Source: an uncultured virus (IMG/VR IMGVR_UViG_3300011547_000001)
Taxonomy: Duplodnaviria > Heunggongvirae > Uroviricota > Caudoviricetes
IMG/VR virus record: IMGVR_UViG_3300011547_000001
DNA: 64,000 bases
Strand: one strand, 5' to 3'
The notes beneath the pieces were generated by a model. It saw nothing but the letters and a program-made list of their open reading frames with translations, had not been told where the DNA came from and ran no database searches. Positions within the stretch are counted from its first letter, which is position 1. Every line of letters begins with the position of its first letter. Both the position numbers and the translations under genes were made by a program. Shown here piece after piece: positions 61,482 to 64,000 of the stretch.

Positions 61482-62092
61482 TTGACTTGGTCCTTTTTCT
61501 TCGATCGGCGACTGATGATTTTAGTTGCACCCCGACGGAGTGCGGTGTACAAGGCTTCTTCAGGGAAGCTCTTCATGTCCCATTTGCGGGAATCTTTATT
61601 GCCGGTGCGCAGCGTTTGACCCTGACCTGGTAGATAGGTCATCGAGAAGGGAACTACCTCGACACCACCGTGCTTCTTGCGAATGCGACCGATGACGTGA
61701 ACACCTTCTGGATAGGTGCCTTCGAACAACTTCTCCCAGAAACTTGGGATCGTGCATGCGGTCTTGTTGAAGACATCTGGACCCATGTCGAGAGAACGTC
61801 TGAAGAACTGTGCGACAAAGTCCTTGGCGTTCTCTGCTTGACAGGCGATGATGTAACCAAACTGGAAGTGTTCTCGATGCGCCACGATGAGTGCACGATC
61901 TTCCTCCAGGAGCAACACGGTAAAACTCATCCGCATGCTATCTTGACGGTAGACGATCGCCCGCTTTACGGCACTATGCAGCGTGTACTGGAAATCTTCC
62001 TCAGCCTTTACAGGGGCCGCGTCAGCAAGATAGAATGCTGGGATACCGGTCTTCTTGCTGACTTGCACAACGTACTGCTTACCCGAGAACAA
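61478..62092 (-). CDS. Hypothetical protein (204 aa)
   Basis: TTG start after AGGA; long ORF. Confidence 0.75.
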   Translation of the reverse strand: MFSGKQYVVQVSKKTGIPAFYLADAAPVKAEEDFQYTLHSAVKRAIVYRQDSMRMSFTVLLLEEDRALIVAHREHFQFGYIIACQAENAKDFVAQFFRRSLDMGPDVFNKTACTIPSFWEKLFEGTYPEGVHVIGRIRKKHGGVEVVPFSMTYLPGQGQTLRTGNKDSRKWDMKSFPEEALYTALRRGATKIISRRSKKKDQVK

Positions 62093-62172
62093 TTGAGCAT
62101 CCTACCCCATGCCTTTCAAAGCCGAGGGCTCACTCGTTTCAAACATTAATGCCAGTTTGCTTTCCATATACC

Positions 62173-62709
62173 CTACTTGTAAGTCCTTGTCCAGCGGAAA
62201 TGAACATCCTCAGGCCCAACCTCTGCGAGTGGTTCCTTTGGATCGTTGAATGGGTGACTCCATGCAATCTTCGACTTGGTGGTATTCTTGACCTCAACTT
62301 CACCAACCAGCTTCATTTGCACTTCATCGAGAATCAGATATTCTTGGCTGACATGTGCGTCCCAGACCATACGGTTCTCGGTAAGCATGCCAGGTGTTAC
62401 AACCCGCTCATCTCCTTTGAATACTGGCGAGTACACAAAGAAGTTCATGTGCGGGTACTTGTTCTCCTTGAAGAACTTAACAACATTCGGGAATACACCA
62501 AGGAAACAACCTCGAATGCTGTCAGACACGGAGATGCGTCCTAGGTTTGGTTCGGGATACCATTCCTCATTGCCAGCGTGATTCTCATCTGGCTTTTGAT
62601 TGAACTCAGGATCCCAGACACCGGCGAGCTTTCCATTGAAACTGATATGGTACAACTGACCCACACCGAGTTTCGTTAACATTGACGCTGGGATACTTTT
62701 GACTTTCAT
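62173..62709 (-). CDS. Hypothetical protein, possibly ADP-ribosyltransferase-like fold
   Basis: LYHIS...RISVSDSIRGC...DAHVSQEYLI pattern; the fold call is inference. Confidence 0.7.
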   Translation of the reverse strand: MKVKSIPASMLTKLGVGQLYHISFNGKLAGVWDPEFNQKPDENHAGNEEWYPEPNLGRISVSDSIRGCFLGVFPNVVKFFKENKYPHMNFFVYSPVFKGDERVVTPGMLTENRMVWDAHVSQEYLILDEVQMKLVGEVEVKNTTKSKIAWSHPFNDPKEPLAEVGPEDVHFRWTRTYK

Positions 62710-62763
62710 ACGACACCTGTAAGTAAGTGGGTTCCTATCAAAAGATGGAACCCACTACCTGGG

Positions 62764-63525
62764 TTATCCCCTCATCCAGGGTTGGAAGTCACGAGCGTGC
62801 TTGTCGCGTACGCCCATCTTGGTGTACTCGTAGCGATCACCGCCGAGTACGAGCGGTTCAGCACGACGCACTTGCAGTTCCCGATGACCACCAGCGCCAG
62901 CGACCATATTGATCATGTGCATGCTGGCGCCGCGATTGGTAGGTGCGTTTTGCACGATCAGACCCTGGCTGATTTCTGCGGCCCGCTCCCGGATATTTTC
63001 TAGACGGGTGCGCATTCCGTCCAGCCATTCACGCAGATGAGTTCCGGGGAAGTGGCTTTTGGAGATCGGGGTTTCGTCGCTGATGATCCCGATAGTACCC
63101 CGGCGAAACCCACCCTGCATAACGATTTCCGACAGGATGTTGGACTTCGGACGATCACCGAGGAAAGATGGCCACGCAACAATGGTGGTCATCTCACCGC
63201 GCTTGAGGCCGCGATTTTCGAAAGTCGGATCTTCTTCCGTGCGGTGTTTGTGGGGTTCGTAACCTTTACCACTACCCACGCGGCAGTCCTTGGTGAGAGA
63301 TGAATGACCGGAGTGCTTGGAATTCAGCACGGCGTCGGAAGAACGATTGGCGTAGTAATGCTTACGCCTGGTGGTGACCGAGTCGATGTACTGAGGACCC
63401 AGGTCGTGGACGATGCGGTCGCCTACTACCAGCTCGTTGTAATCGTTGATCTTGACGGTGTCGATCGAGGTCACGATGTTGTGCTCAGCCATCAAGGCAA
63501 AGCCAATGGTGTTTTTCAGCTTCAT
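62764..63525 (-). CDS. Hypothetical protein (253 aa)
   Basis: ATGA coupling; long ORF. Confidence 0.75.
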   Translation of the reverse strand: MKLKNTIGFALMAEHNIVTSIDTVKINDYNELVVGDRIVHDLGPQYIDSVTTRRKHYYANRSSDAVLNSKHSGHSSLTKDCRVGSGKGYEPHKHRTEEDPTFENRGLKRGEMTTIVAWPSFLGDRPKSNILSEIVMQGGFRRGTIGIISDETPISKSHFPGTHLREWLDGMRTRLENIRERAAEISQGLIVQNAPTNRGASMHMINMVAGAGGHRELQVRRAEPLVLGGDRYEYTKMGVRDKHARDFQPWMRG

Positions 63526-63806
63526 TCACCGATACCTTTACGTTTGGCCCTTACCTTGGCCATGGCTTCTTTTACCCAATCAGGGCGTTCTTTGCTGCGG
63601 GGTTTGCGCTTCGGTTCAATCAGATGGGTCTGCGTGCGATCGACTACAAGCTCGTCTGGTTGAGAGATTGCGTGACCGTCTTTAAACACGGCCATCGACC
63701 GCCTTACATATGGAGTGGGCTGGCACATCATCTCCAACTCCTCCTGGCTCGGGCGATATCCCGCTTCGCCGTCGATTACATTGCCGTCTTTGTCCTTGAG
63801 ACCCAT
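63522..63806 (-). CDS. Hypothetical protein (94 aa)
   Basis: GGAGGAG SD before MGLKDKDG at 63806; the ORF track's upstream extension crosses an N-gap. Confidence 0.7.
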   Translation of the reverse strand: MGLKDKDGNVIDGEAGYRPSQEELEMMCQPTPYVRRSMAVFKDGHAISQPDELVVDRTQTHLIEPKRKPRSKERPDWVKEAMAKVRAKRKGIGE

Positions 63807-63879
63807 TACTTCTCCTCCAGAGAGCGTTTGGCCGTTTCCACGGCGCGTTGCAGCATGGCAACCGGGTCNNNNNNNNNNC

Positions 63880-64000
63880 TTCCCGGTCATTGAAGACCCG
63901 TCGATGGAGATTGCCCGCGCGTACGGCATGATTGACCCACAATCACCGACCAGCGCCACAGTACGAGCCACCTATGTGATTGATCCAAGCGGCTTGATCC
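63880..64000 (+). CDS. Peroxiredoxin (AhpC/TSA family) internal fragment
   Basis: FPVIEDPSMEIARAYGMIDPQSPTSATVRATYVIDPSGLI follows the Prx FP..D....IA.AYG......R.T..IDP.G signature; starts right after an N-gap. Confidence 0.8.

Noticed and set aside
63522..63971. 149-aa ORF as given in the track
   Set aside because: It spans an N-gap, and its 5' part is antisense to the peroxiredoxin fragment. The supported start is ATG 63806.
1..64000. CRISPR array, tRNA/rRNA genes, DGR or retron reverse transcriptase
   Set aside because: By eye I saw no regularly spaced repeats, cloverleafs or RT motifs. The palindromes are isolated and have different arms. tRNAscan and Infernal were not run.
1..64000. 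Stop-codon reassignment
   Set aside because: Genes tile the window densely under the standard bacterial code, and core genes show no in-frame stops.

Overview
This window is part of a phiKZ-related jumbo myophage genome, most similar to Pseudomonas phage EL as judged from recalled motifs of the EL188 endolysin. It is a scaffold with nine N-gaps, several of which break real genes. The core block (about 9.5-48.4 kb) holds the prohead protease, an EL188-like endolysin and three virion RNA polymerase subunits (beta N-part, beta' and beta C-part). It also holds a ~2700-aa tail/tape-measure protein with GH19 and M15-like peptidoglycan hydrolase domains, UvsX, an RNase H-like protein, an intein-containing SF2 helicase and a free-standing HNH endonuclease. 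A tail-fibre module lies at about 53.9-60.1 kb. Accessory early genes flank the core and are bounded by a repeated promoter motif (minus strand, AAACCTATATHAC) and long palindromic terminators, many centred on CCTAGG. The most notable observation is a 91-codon ORF overprinted in an alternative frame inside the virion RNAP beta gene. It has its own Shine-Dalgarno, a lambda-S-like Met-Lys-Met-Pro-Glu start, one transmembrane helix and genome-typical codons, and it lies upstream of the endolysin, making it a candidate hidden holin/antiholin. All family assignments come from motif recognition and synteny, not from database searches.
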